In this document: positions 31,439-41,213 of the stretch, piece by piece
Numbering within the stretch: the first letter of the stretch is position 1
How the letters are laid out: every line of letters begins with the position of its first letter
DNA from: Bacteroidota bacterium
GTDB taxonomy: Bacteria; Bacteroidota; Ignavibacteria; UBA10030; UBA6906
DNA: 64,000 bases
Assembly (NCBI GenBank): GCA_035506295.1
Contig: DATJPR010000205.1
Location: forward strand, 5,053-69,052
Reading direction: 5' to 3'
Translations under genes and position numbers: made by a program
Notes under the pieces: generated by a model
Told to the model about the DNA's origin: nothing
What the model saw: only the letters and a program-made list of their open reading frames with translations
Databases searched by the model: none

Positions 31439-32100
31439 GATATTCCGTTCTGAAGATGGATGTCCAGCCACTGCCCGAATTGTCCCACCGTCTCGAACCA
31501 GTACTCCGGCCGCGCATCGGCAAGGCGCGCGCGGTCATAGGAATCCCACAGCACGGCCGCCATCGGCACGCCGGCGGCACGGGAAGCCCGCAAATCACCC
31601 AGCGTATCTCCCACCATCAACGCTCTCCCCGGGGGGACCGCGAATGCGTTCAGCACCTGCTCGATCCCTTCGGGATCAGGTTTATGTCGGCGGACATCGT
31701 TGCCGGACACGACGAGATCGAAGCTGTTGGCGAGCCCGATCTTCTTCAGCGTAATCTCCGTCGTCCTTCGTCCCTTCCCCGTGAACACCGCGGTCTTTCC
31801 CTTTCTCTCCCGGATGAGCGCCACCACTCCGTCGATGCCAGGATGGAGCGACGCCATCGTGTCGTGTTCGCGCTCGTAGAACGCGCAGAGCTCATCCAGC
31901 GCAGGCGCCACGAGCTCCGGGGGAAAGATCCGCGCCAGCGCGCCTTCTTCCGGCGGGCCGAAGAGCGGAATGATTTCCGCGGGTGTATACTCGCGGTCGA
32001 GATATTTTCTTGTCACGTGATTGAAGCTTGCATAGATCAACTCGCTGGTCCGTGTCAGCGTTCCATCCATATCGAAAATCACGCAGTCGAACAATCGCAT
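31435..32100 (-). CDS. HAD-superfamily hydrolase (phosphatase, subfamily IA)
   Basis: Motif I 'VIFDMDGTL', motif II S/T and motif IV 'GDTLGDL'. ATGA overlap with the downstream gene. Confidence 0.75.
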   Translation of the reverse strand: MRLFDCVIFDMDGTLTRTSELIYASFNHVTRKYLDREYTPAEIIPLFGPPEEGALARIFPPELVAPALDELCAFYEREHDTMASLHPGIDGVVALIRERKGKTAVFTGKGRRTTEITLKKIGLANSFDLVVSGNDVRRHKPDPEGIEQVLNAFAVPPGRALMVGDTLGDLRASRAAGVPMAAVLWDSYDRARLADARPEYWFETVGQFGQWLDIHLQNGIS

Positions 32101-32212
32101 GAAGAGCGTCTCATTTTCTTTCTTAGCTTGGAAATATATCCAGTCCTGCGGGCAATAGCAACGACAGCGGCCGGCGGGTTGCTATTCCCTTCCCTTCTTC
32201 ATATTTTTTCCC

Positions 32213-33403
32213 ATGACCGATCACCATCTCCCTTTCCAGGTCGTCCTCAAGAAGAATGAGGACCGCCGGGTCGTGAGGGGACATCCCTGGGTCTTCAGCA
32301 ACGAGATCAGGGACATCGCAGGCCAGCCGGCCATCGGCGACGTCGTGGAAGTCCTCAGCGCGGGCCGGAAATCGATCGGCGTCGGATTCTACAACCCCCA
32401 TTCTCTCATCGCCGTCCGCCTGCTCTCGCGCACCATCGAGACGATCGATGCGCCGTTCCTGCAGAGAAGACTCGAACAGGCAATCCAGCTCCGCCAATCG
32501 GTGTGCCCCGGCGCCGAGGCGTGCCGCCTCGTGCATGGAGAAGCAGACTTCCTCCCTGGACTCGTCGTCGACAAATTCCGTGACCATCTTTCCGTCCAGG
32601 CCTCTTCGTACGGCATGGATTCCCGCTTGCCGGCGATCTGCGATGCGCTCGAAGACTTGCTTCACCCCGTCGCGGTCATCGAGAGGAATGAGACTTCACT
32701 GAGAACGATGGAGCATCTGCCGTTGCGACGCGGCATCCTCCGCGGTTCGCCTGCGCCAACCGTGACATTCACCGAGAACAACGTTCAGTTCGAAATCGAT
32801 CCGATGAAGGGGCAGAAGACAGGATTCTTTCTCGACCAGCGGGAGAACCGTGCTCTCGTCGCACCGCTCTGTCGTGAAAAAAGAGTGCTGGACTGCTATT
32901 GTAACGACGGCGGGTTTGCCCTCAACGCGGCGAAGGCCGGAGCCGCATCGGTCGTCGGCATCGACAGCTCGGCCGAAGCGATTGAGGCCGCCTCCCACAA
33001 TGCGTCGATCAACGGATTCTCGAACATTTCTTTCAAGCGCGAAGATGTTCTGGATGCCGTTGCAGCGTTCATGGAGGACGGCCCGTTTGACGTCGTCATC
33101 CTCGACCCGCCTTCCTTCACGCGAAACCGGAAATCGGTTCCCGCAGCACGCCAGGCCTATCGGGATCTGAACGCCAAGGCCATGCGCCTCGTACGCTCCG
33201 GGGGATTCCTCGCGACGGCCTCCTGTTCGCACCACATCGAACCGCAGGCGTTCCTGGAAGACCTCATGACGGCGGGAAGAAAGGCCGAAAAGCGGCTTCA
33301 ATTGCTGGAATGGCGGGGAGCTCCGGCAGACCATCCCACACTGCCCATGGTCCCGGAAACCTCGTATCTCAAGTTTGCTGTTTTCAGGATTGGAAAGGGG
33401 TAG
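32213..33403 (+). CDS. 23S rRNA (cytosine-C5) methyltransferase RlmI-like (PUA plus class I SAM methyltransferase)
   Basis: 'VVLKKNEDRRVVRGHPWVFSNEI' is the RlmI N-terminus. SAM-binding 'VLDCYCNDGGFAL' and 'DPP' motifs. Confidence 0.8.
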   Translation: MTDHHLPFQVVLKKNEDRRVVRGHPWVFSNEIRDIAGQPAIGDVVEVLSAGRKSIGVGFYNPHSLIAVRLLSRTIETIDAPFLQRRLEQAIQLRQSVCPGAEACRLVHGEADFLPGLVVDKFRDHLSVQASSYGMDSRLPAICDALEDLLHPVAVIERNETSLRTMEHLPLRRGILRGSPAPTVTFTENNVQFEIDPMKGQKTGFFLDQRENRALVAPLCREKRVLDCYCNDGGFALNAAKAGAASVVGIDSSAEAIEAASHNASINGFSNISFKREDVLDAVAAFMEDGPFDVVILDPPSFTRNRKSVPAARQAYRDLNAKAMRLVRSGGFLATASCSHHIEPQAFLEDLMTAGRKAEKRLQLLEWRGAPADHPTLPMVPETSYLKFAVFRIGKG

Positions 33404-33487
33404 GAAGGGACAATGCAGGGATGCTCGACGGAGAAACCTGCATCGTCCAGGAAGCGTTACATTGAGTGTGAGGGAAAGGAAGAAGCT

Positions 33488-34249
33488 ATGAAATCGCTCA
33501 TGTGGGCCGCCGCGTTCACGCTCTTCTTCTGTGGATTTGCATCACGCCTGGAAGCTCAATCGACAGGAACAACCTCACCGAACGCGATGAGGCAGCCTCA
33601 ACAAAAGCCTCCCACAACCACGCTGGCCGAGGGAGAGGAGCCGTACAAGAACGTCTGGGGAGCGGATATCATGGTGTCCAACGACGGGTTCGGCCTCGGA
33701 ACGTTCTACCGCCGCGCCCTGACCCCTGACCTGTCCGGGGTCATCCAATTCTCGATTTCCGAATCGAAAGACAGCCGGGAGATCGAGCAATACGACCCGT
33801 ACTTCAATACCACGTACATTCCGGGGAAACTCAACCGCTTCCTCGTCCTCCCTCTCACCTTCGGGGTTCAGTACCGATTGTTTCGCGAAGACATCGTAGA
33901 AACGTTCCGGCCGTACGTCACGGCGGGCGTCGGACCGGCGATGATCTACGAGATGCCGTTTGTCACCCTCGACAAGACGGTGTATCCGGTCAATGCAACG
34001 CAGGTGGATTTCTTCAAGGCGATCGGGAGGGGGCATCCGCACTACACCGGCACAGCGTTCATCGGCGCGGGGGCGAACTTCGGATCTGACCAGTCAAGCG
34101 TCTTCGGCCTGAACTTTCGGTACTATTTCACCTACGTCTATTCGGGTGGCCTGCCGTCAATGTATGATCTCTACACCGGCGACGTCGATGCAACAAAGAA
34201 CGATTTCGGCGGGTTTGTGATTACGCTGAACCTCGGCATCGGCTATTAG
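33488..34249 (+). CDS. Outer membrane beta-barrel protein, hypothetical
   Basis: ATG at 33488 verified (MKSLMWAAAFTLFFCGFASRLEAQ signal peptide). Alternating amphipathic beta-strands; C-terminal '...ITLNLGIGY' aromatic terminus. Confidence 0.5.
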   Translation: MKSLMWAAAFTLFFCGFASRLEAQSTGTTSPNAMRQPQQKPPTTTLAEGEEPYKNVWGADIMVSNDGFGLGTFYRRALTPDLSGVIQFSISESKDSREIEQYDPYFNTTYIPGKLNRFLVLPLTFGVQYRLFREDIVETFRPYVTAGVGPAMIYEMPFVTLDKTVYPVNATQVDFFKAIGRGHPHYTGTAFIGAGANFGSDQSSVFGLNFRYYFTYVYSGGLPSMYDLYTGDVDATKNDFGGFVITLNLGIGY

Positions 34250-34583
34250 CAGCTCGGGTACGTCGTGTCCGCCGGGTGTAGGCAGTAAGCTGTAGGCGGT
34301 AGGCAGAAAGATATTGCGGCGAATCGTCGCCCGAGATTACTTTTTTTCTGCATGCTGCATACTCCCTACCCCTTACCGCCTACTTCGAATGCCGCATTCG
34401 CCCTCTCCTGCCCAAAAATGGAAAGGGCAACAGCCCGCTTCTGGACCTCCCCTAAATCCATCCACGAGCCTATGCCCTTATAAATTCCAAAGACAATATA
34501 CTTCATGGATGAAGGGAGTGCGGTGATAAAAGTCACCTCACCGATGAACAAACACCGGTAACGCCCACCCTCTGATTGACGAA

Positions 34584-37460
34584 TTATCTCTTCGTTTGCC
34601 TGACAAGCGGACGGAGAAACCGACCGGTGTGCGAAGATGCGTTCGCCGCGATTTCTTCGGGCGGACCTACTGCCACGACGTTTCCTCCCTCGTCTCCCGC
34701 TTCGGGTCCGAGATCGATCACCCAGTCCGCCGATTTGATCACATCAAGATTGTGTTCGATGATGAGAACGGAATTGCCGGCGTCAATCAGCGCATTAAAG
34801 CACTGGAGAAGCCGCGCGATGTCGTCGAAGTGCAAACCCGTCGTCGGCTCGTCAAGGATGAATAACGTATGCCGCTCACCATCCGATGTGCCGAGATGCG
34901 CTGCGAGCTTGACTCTCTGTGCTTCCCCGCCTGACAGGGTCGTCGCTGCCTGACCGAGCCGGATGTATCCCAGCCCGACATCGTCCAGCACTTTGAGCTT
35001 CTTTGCGATTCTCCGCCCTTGTGCTTCCGCTTGAAAGAACGCGATCGCTTCAGTCACGGTCATCCCGAGAACTTCGTCGATATTTTTCCCCCGATAGCGA
35101 ACCTCAAGGATTTCCGCTTTGTAGCGTTTCCCCTTGCAGACGTCGCACGGAAGATACAGGTCTGCGAGGAACTGCATTTCCACCTTGATCACGCCGTCGC
35201 CCTCGCATGCCTCGCACCGTCCGCCAGGGACGTTGAACGAGAACGCTCCGGGTTGAAGTCCCTGGATCTTCGCGGCCTGAGTCGACGCAAAGAGCGTCCT
35301 GATCAGGTCGAAGACACCGATATAGGTGACAGGGTTGGACCTGGGGGTTCGACCGATGGGCGACTGGTCCACGAGCTCGACCGCGCTGAGCGACTGATAT
35401 CCGTCGAAGCGTCGAAACGTGCCCGGCCGGGCCGCGAAGTCTCCGAGGGCTCGCTTGAGCCCCTCGGCGACGATGTTGTGCACCAGGGTGCTCTTCCCGC
35501 TTCCGCTTACGCCGGTCACGCACACAAGCATATGCAGCGGAACGGCGACGTCAATTTCCCGAAGGTTGTGTTGGGCCGCCCCTTCCACCTTCAACTGTTC
35601 GCCCGAGGGTTGCCTGCGGGTTTTCGGCACCGGAATCGTTCGCGCTCCGTTCAGATATGCCGCCGTGAGCGAATCCGGGTGACGTCGGACCTCTTCGAGC
35701 GTTCCGCTCACCACCACCTCACCTCCCCGCTCTCCCGCCAGGGGTCCCATGTCCACGATGACGTCCGCTTCGCGGATCATGTCCGCGTCATGCTCGACAA
35801 CCATCACGGTGTTTCCGATGTCGCGCAGTTTCTTCAGGATGGCGATGAGGCGGGCGTTGTCGCGGGGGTGAAGCCCGATGCTAGGCTCATCGAGCACGTA
35901 CAGCGCTCCGACCAGGGAGGATCCGAGGGACGTCGCAAGGTTGATGCGCTGTGATTCTCCTCCTGAAAGTGTCGTCGAGAGCCTGTCGAGCGTGAGATAC
36001 CCGATGCCAACCTCATCGAGATAGGCCAATCGCCGGCGAAGCTCGGCGAGGATTCTTCTGGCAATTTCGATCTCATGGGGGGTGAGGGAGAGAGAATCGA
36101 TAAACCCGCGGGCCCGGCTGATCGTCAGGGACGTCACCTCCGCGATGTTCTTTCCTTCGACTTTCACCAGCAAAGAATCCGGTCGAAGGCGTGCCCCGCC
36201 GCAGGCGGGACACGTGGTGTATCCACGGTAACGCGCGAGAAGCACTCTATAATAGATCTTGTATGCCTTCTTTTCGAGGAAGGCGAAAAAGCCCTTGATC
36301 CCCTCGTACTGCCCATGCCCATCAACAATGAGGTCCTTTTCCCGCTGCGAGAGATCCTTGTAGGGCAGATCAAGACGGAGACGTGCCGCAGAAGCGGCGC
36401 GGGCCAAATCCCCATACCATTCGCGGAATTTGGGCGTTGTCCACGGCTGGATCGCGCCTTCAGCCAGTGTCTTCGTTGTGTCGGGAACAACCTTGTCCAT
36501 ATCGATCCCCATCGCCCGTCCGAACCCCTGGCATTCCGGGCATGCCCCCACCGGATTGTTGAAGGAGAACATCCTGGGATCGGGCTCGTCATACACGATA
36601 TGGCAATCGGGACAGGCGAACACCTGGTTGAACCGAAGCGTCGCAGAGAGGTCCGGGAGGACCAGCACGGCATGTCCGCTCCCCGAGGTGAATGCCGTCT
36701 CGAGGGAGTCGACAAACCGGGGATCTTCTTCGCCTTTCCGGAACACCAGTCGGTCGACGAGCACCAGCACGGATTCGGGCTTGGTCGTCCGGGGAAGGGC
36801 CTCCTCGTTCAGGTCGACGATTCCACCATCGACGACGACTCTGAAGAATCCCTCTTTCTTGAGATTGTTGATAGCGCCGGCGAGCTTGTCACCGGTATGC
36901 ACCGGAAGAGGGAACGTGAGCAGGACGCGGAGCGACGGGTCTTTGGCGGATTGCGCGTTGAGAGCTGCCAGAACCGTTTCCACGGAGTCCCGGGTCACGA
37001 GACGTCCGCATTGCCGGCAATAGGTCTTGCCGATGCGGGCAAAGAGGAGGCGGAGATAGTCGTTCACTTCCGTGGTGGTGCCGACGGTGGAGCGGGGGTT
37101 ACGCGTTGTCGTGCGCTGTTCGATCGCCATCGCCGGACTGATTCCCTGGATGACGTCGACATCGGGCTTGTCCATGCGTTCGAGGAACTGGCGGGCGTAG
37201 GACGACAGGCTTTCGACGTAGCGCCGCTGGCCTTCTGCATAAATGGTATCGAACGCGAGACTGGATTTCCCCGAACCGCTGACGCCGGTGATGACGATGA
37301 GCTTGTTCCGCGGAAGAGTGAGGGAAACGTTCTTGAGGTTATGAACGCGGGCGCCGCGGATGACAATATCGGTGGTCACGCTGGCAAGAGTATCTGAAGA
37401 GTGATTCGGGAACGACGAGAGGTTGTTATTCAAGCTACAAGAAACGGTGGGGAAAATCAA
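34584..37460 (-). CDS. uvrA: Excinuclease ABC subunit A
   Basis: Two ABC ATPase modules (GVSGSGKSSL; [12 protein letters not shown]) and zinc-finger CxxC pairs. Full UvrA length. An in-frame GTG at 37379 ('VTTDIVIRGARVHNLKN') is a plausible true start. Confidence 0.95.
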   Translation of the reverse strand: MIFPTVSCSLNNNLSSFPNHSSDTLASVTTDIVIRGARVHNLKNVSLTLPRNKLIVITGVSGSGKSSLAFDTIYAEGQRRYVESLSSYARQFLERMDKPDVDVIQGISPAMAIEQRTTTRNPRSTVGTTTEVNDYLRLLFARIGKTYCRQCGRLVTRDSVETVLAALNAQSAKDPSLRVLLTFPLPVHTGDKLAGAINNLKKEGFFRVVVDGGIVDLNEEALPRTTKPESVLVLVDRLVFRKGEEDPRFVDSLETAFTSGSGHAVLVLPDLSATLRFNQVFACPDCHIVYDEPDPRMFSFNNPVGACPECQGFGRAMGIDMDKVVPDTTKTLAEGAIQPWTTPKFREWYGDLARAASAARLRLDLPYKDLSQREKDLIVDGHGQYEGIKGFFAFLEKKAYKIYYRVLLARYRGYTTCPACGGARLRPDSLLVKVEGKNIAEVTSLTISRARGFIDSLSLTPHEIEIARRILAELRRRLAYLDEVGIGYLTLDRLSTTLSGGESQRINLATSLGSSLVGALYVLDEPSIGLHPRDNARLIAILKKLRDIGNTVMVVEHDADMIREADVIVDMGPLAGERGGEVVVSGTLEEVRRHPDSLTAAYLNGARTIPVPKTRRQPSGEQLKVEGAAQHNLREIDVAVPLHMLVCVTGVSGSGKSTLVHNIVAEGLKRALGDFAARPGTFRRFDGYQSLSAVELVDQSPIGRTPRSNPVTYIGVFDLIRTLFASTQAAKIQGLQPGAFSFNVPGGRCEACEGDGVIKVEMQFLADLYLPCDVCKGKRYKAEILEVRYRGKNIDEVLGMTVTEAIAFFQAEAQGRRIAKKLKVLDDVGLGYIRLGQAATTLSGGEAQRVKLAAHLGTSDGERHTLFILDEPTTGLHFDDIARLLQCFNALIDAGNSVLIIEHNLDVIKSADWVIDLGPEAGDEGGNVVAVGPPEEIAANASSHTGRFLRPLVRQTKR

Positions 37461-37470
37461 TCACGCGAAA

Positions 37471-37508
37471 ATGCCCAACCATCCCGTCCGCGCGGGATGA
37501 TTGGGCAT
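37471..37508 (-). terminator. Rho-independent terminator downstream of the pilQ-lipoprotein operon
   Basis: 16-bp near-perfect inverted repeat ATGCCCAA(C/T)CATCCCG with a 6-nt loop. On the minus strand it is followed by a U-rich run (UUUCGCGUGAUUGAUUUUCC). Coordinates +/-2. Confidence 0.55.
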
Positions 37509-37551
37509 TCCCTGGCTGCACGCGACCGACAGGGTCGCGGAACGATCGTCG

Positions 37552-39003
37552 CTAATGCACAACGCCGGTGATGGTGGCCGTCAACGGGTTGACCGCGTTG
37601 GGACCGCTCACCGTGATCGCGATGTTGACCGGCGTGCCGGCGGCGTCAACAATCCCCCACGAACCATCCTGGACGATCATCGAGAACTGCGTGAGGCCCG
37701 GTCCCTTGGACCGTGTATCGGGCAGCGTGACCCGTCCCTGGTCCCCGAAGATCAGGAAGACTTTGTTTTGTTCCACCCCGTCCATCGGTGGAGGCGGAAT
37801 GGTGGCGACGACGTTGATGGATGTTCCGGCCGCCAGCGGATTGCCGTTGATATCGTCGACAGTGAAGTTGATCGTCGTGGAACCGGCGTTGGGAATGCTG
37901 AACGTCGCCGGACTGATATTCTCGATGATTGCCCCGCCGCTCCAGACGATCAGCAGGCTGTCCTGCACCGCGACCCCATTTTGACCGAGGGTCCTGGCGA
38001 CCACCCAATGGAAGCCATTCCCGAACACCGGATCGGCGTTCGACCCCATGGGAAGCGGGTTGCCGCTGATAAGATCCACCGTTCCCTGGCCATCCTGCGT
38101 CGTGATCGCGCCGGACACCGTGCCCTGGATGACACCGGCTGTCGTTCGGAAATAGACCGCGGACGGTGAAGAAGGATTGCTGTACTTGTCCCCCACGATC
38201 ACGGAAATCTGGTCGCGCATGCCTGCGATGCCGAGCGCCGGGAAATTGAATTCCACGGCGGCAATCGTGAAGTGGGCCTGGTCCGGGAACCCTCCATGTA
38301 CCACCAGTCGCACCGGAGAAGACTGGATCGTCTTCGTGCCGGATACCACCGTCGCCAGGATCTCCACCACGCCGGCCCGTGTGCCCGAATTGAACGTCAC
38401 CGCAGCTGAGCCCGTAGCGTCGGTTTGGATTGTTGTCGGTGAAATGTACTCGCCGCCGCCCAGCGGCGTGACGATGCTGAGATTGATCGTCGCAGGGCTG
38501 AAGGCATCCATGGGATTCCCCAGGCTGTCGCGCACCTGCCAGCTCAGCACCGAAGTCTCTTTGCCGCCGACGCCGCTCACCGACAGCTCCGGGGGAGCGG
38601 CGCTGAGGAACGCGATCATCTGCGGCGTGCCGGTCCCTCCACTGACGGACTGGATCGAGCTCATGAGGACGTTCAGTTTTGTCGTCGAACCCTCGAACAC
38701 CTGAAGCGTCATCGTGGTGTCCCGATATCTGTCGCGGCTCATCGTGATGGTGACCGTGGCGATACTGTCGACGGTGAACTTCACGGTGTAAGCGCCGCTG
38801 GCATCGGTGGTCACCGACGGCGGGCTGGCGAAGTTACCGCTGACCGCGACGGATACACCTTCCAACGCGAGTCCGGACGTTTTGTCTTTGACCGTGCCGG
38901 AAATCGCCCCTTCACCGGCTGCCGGCGCCGTCGTGTCATTGCTGCACGACCACACTCCCATCGCCACCATGACGAGAAGCGGAACAAGAATACGATTTTT
39001 CAT
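37552..39003 (-). CDS. Lipoprotein with carboxypeptidase-regulatory-like and Ig-like beta-sandwich domains; co-oriented directly downstream of the secretin
   Basis: ATG at 39003 verified (MKNRILVPLLVMVAMGVWSCS lipobox). 'ISGTVKDKTSGLALEGVSVAVSG' is a CarboxypepD_reg-like motif. Several Ig-like repeats follow. Confidence 0.55.
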   Translation of the reverse strand: MKNRILVPLLVMVAMGVWSCSNDTTAPAAGEGAISGTVKDKTSGLALEGVSVAVSGNFASPPSVTTDASGAYTVKFTVDSIATVTITMSRDRYRDTTMTLQVFEGSTTKLNVLMSSIQSVSGGTGTPQMIAFLSAAPPELSVSGVGGKETSVLSWQVRDSLGNPMDAFSPATINLSIVTPLGGGEYISPTTIQTDATGSAAVTFNSGTRAGVVEILATVVSGTKTIQSSPVRLVVHGGFPDQAHFTIAAVEFNFPALGIAGMRDQISVIVGDKYSNPSSPSAVYFRTTAGVIQGTVSGAITTQDGQGTVDLISGNPLPMGSNADPVFGNGFHWVVARTLGQNGVAVQDSLLIVWSGGAIIENISPATFSIPNAGSTTINFTVDDINGNPLAAGTSINVVATIPPPPMDGVEQNKVFLIFGDQGRVTLPDTRSKGPGLTQFSMIVQDGSWGIVDAAGTPVNIAITVSGPNAVNPLTATITGVVH

Positions 39004-39034
39004 ACTATCCGTCCTTTCCATTCCTCGATCATCG

Positions 39035-40282
39035 TTAGCGTTGAGGTGTATTGTCGGGGATGATATGCTGCTCCATCCGCTCTTGTTCGCGCAGCCAGCG
39101 GTCGAAGATGCCGTCCTCCTTCTTCTTCTGGGCGATCCGTTCCTGGATCGTCGGCACAAGCTCCGCCTTCATGAGAATGATCAGCTCTTTCTTGTCGACC
39201 TCGTTCTTGTCATACCCGAAAACATACCGCAAGCCGAGCACATACCACGGCAGGTCCTTCAGGAACGGAACGCCGGTACGGACCGTGATGGTCTGATCGC
39301 TGTACAATCCCCCGATGATGCTTTCCTCCCCGTCGAGCAGGAGCAAATTGGTGTTCGCCCGGGTGCGGTTGACGATTGTGCTGATGGCCCCCGGCGTGAC
39401 ATCGCTACGCTCCACTTCTACTCTCAAATGGATGAAACTGACGCCTTGTTCCGTGATCACCTGGGGTTTGACGGTGATGATGGTTCCTGCGCTGTAGAAC
39501 TTGTCAATCAGGTTTCCCGCAAAGTCGCGTTCCCTGATGGAGAAGTCCTGGCCGACCTGAATTCTCCCTTCTTCGCCGGACCGGACGACCACCTGCGGAC
39601 CCGACAGAATTTCCCCGAGGTTATAGTTGGAGAAGATCTTCGCCAGGAAATCGATGTTGGCGAAGCTGACTCTCGGCGTCACGGATGTCTGAAACATGTT
39701 GTCGGAGACCTTGTCCGCCCCGCCGAAGCTCGAGGACACGGATACGTTGTTGGAGCTCTTCATGAAATTCCAGTTGAGGCCGACCTCATCCATTTTGGTG
39801 AGATTGACTTCCAGGAAATAGGCGTAGATCTTCACCTCCCTGCTGCTGAGGTTTGCAGGCTCTTCGTGGAAGCCGACCTTCCCCGTGGGCGCCTGCCCTT
39901 CAGCGTTCCCCTTCGCTTCGGTCGACGTCGAGATGATCTGAATATAGTCGTCGTATTCGTTGTACCACAGGTCGTTTTTCTTGCAGATCGCCTCCAGCGC
40001 GTCGCGCCACTGCATCCCCTGAATATCCAGCTTGATGGGGAAGGTGTGATGATCGGCGTCAATCACGATCTTGCCGGTGAACCGCTTGCTCACTTCGCTG
40101 ATAATCAGCAGCGCACGGTCAAACGGTGTCGTCGGCGCAATCGACACCAGCTCCTGCGGCGACGTGTACTGACGCAGCTGGCGCCGTTCCGCCTGACTTC
40201 CTCCCTGAACCTGTGCGAACGTCGGTCCCGCACAAATGACCATCAATGCCACGACGAAGAAAAATGACGTTTTCATGTCCAC
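39035..40282 (-). CDS. Type IV pilus / T2SS-family secretin (PilQ-like), short form of 415 aa
   Basis: Signal peptide, one N-domain, and a C-terminal secretin domain ('IIGGLYSDQTITVRTGVPFLKDLPWYVLGLRYVFGYD'). Confidence 0.8.
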   Translation of the reverse strand: MDMKTSFFFVVALMVICAGPTFAQVQGGSQAERRQLRQYTSPQELVSIAPTTPFDRALLIISEVSKRFTGKIVIDADHHTFPIKLDIQGMQWRDALEAICKKNDLWYNEYDDYIQIISTSTEAKGNAEGQAPTGKVGFHEEPANLSSREVKIYAYFLEVNLTKMDEVGLNWNFMKSSNNVSVSSSFGGADKVSDNMFQTSVTPRVSFANIDFLAKIFSNYNLGEILSGPQVVVRSGEEGRIQVGQDFSIRERDFAGNLIDKFYSAGTIITVKPQVITEQGVSFIHLRVEVERSDVTPGAISTIVNRTRANTNLLLLDGEESIIGGLYSDQTITVRTGVPFLKDLPWYVLGLRYVFGYDKNEVDKKELIILMKAELVPTIQERIAQKKKEDGIFDRWLREQERMEQHIIPDNTPQR

Positions 40283-40303
40283 CTCGATGTCGGTTTGTTT
40301 CTC

Positions 40304-41188
40304 TTAATTCTGCACGGGACCAAAGTTGATGCTCAATTCCACCTTGTTGATGATCCCCCCCTTGTTCAGCGTGCATTCCACCTTGCCATTCTGGGGATCA
40401 ATGCGGGTGACGTATCCGAGATACACTTCGTCGCCTTCCTGCAACGTGCGGATGGACTTCGTCTGGTCTTCGACGAACGCCTTCCCGGGGATGACAGCCT
40501 TCAACGATGACCGTTCGATCTCCACCAACGACCGCACGTTCGGCGGGATCCCGCTCGAGATGCCCGGCATGAACGGATCGACGTACAGCGGGTTCGGCGT
40601 GAGATCGCGGTCGATCAGCGAGCTCGAAAGCTCCGCTACCGTCGAATAGTAGGCCTGCACTGACATGTCAAACGTGACAAGCACCTCCCCCGCTTTCTTG
40701 TCGGTCGGCGCAACCTCGACACCCCGGAGCGTCAGCTGGCTCACCTTGTAGAGCCGCCTGCCGTTTTCGAGGTACCAGAGGAAGCGATAGAAATTGTCAA
40801 ACGTGCCCTCTCCCTTGAGCGAATACGAATTGAAGCCGAAGTTCCCTTTGTTCTGGTTGCCGGCGTATGCCATATCGAGGCGGATCGGGCCACTGATGTC
40901 GATCAGATGGCTGAAGTAGGAATAGCTCTCGGCCGTCGCATCGCTGGCGGGGATGATTTTGTTCCTCGCGCTCCACCGCTTCTGCGTGTCATTCAACGTC
41001 GTGCTCAGATCATTGAATTGATTGACGAGGTTCGGCGTGTTCTGGAGCTCGTCGTCGATCTTCTTGATCGTTGCCTGGATCTGCTTGATCTTCCGCGGTT
41101 GATTGAATGCCCGGATATAGGTCCCGACGGCGACGATCAGGAACAGCAGGATCCCGAGGGCAATGCTGTTTCGGATTTTGTACGACAC
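40304..41188 (-). CDS. Type IV pilus assembly protein; PilO-like N-terminal part fused to a PilP-like C-terminal domain
   Basis: N-terminal TM, coiled coil and ferredoxin-like core ('FDNFYRFLWYLENGRRLYKVSQLTL'). C-terminal approximately 90 aa form a beta-sandwich with a PilP-like pattern ('GDEVYLGYVTRIDPQNGKVECTLNKGGIINKVEL'). Confidence 0.55.
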   Translation of the reverse strand: MSYKIRNSIALGILLFLIVAVGTYIRAFNQPRKIKQIQATIKKIDDELQNTPNLVNQFNDLSTTLNDTQKRWSARNKIIPASDATAESYSYFSHLIDISGPIRLDMAYAGNQNKGNFGFNSYSLKGEGTFDNFYRFLWYLENGRRLYKVSQLTLRGVEVAPTDKKAGEVLVTFDMSVQAYYSTVAELSSSLIDRDLTPNPLYVDPFMPGISSGIPPNVRSLVEIERSSLKAVIPGKAFVEDQTKSIRTLQEGDEVYLGYVTRIDPQNGKVECTLNKGGIINKVELSINFGPVQN

Positions 41189-41213
41189 GGGTTAGTCTCC
41201 TTATACTGTTCCT

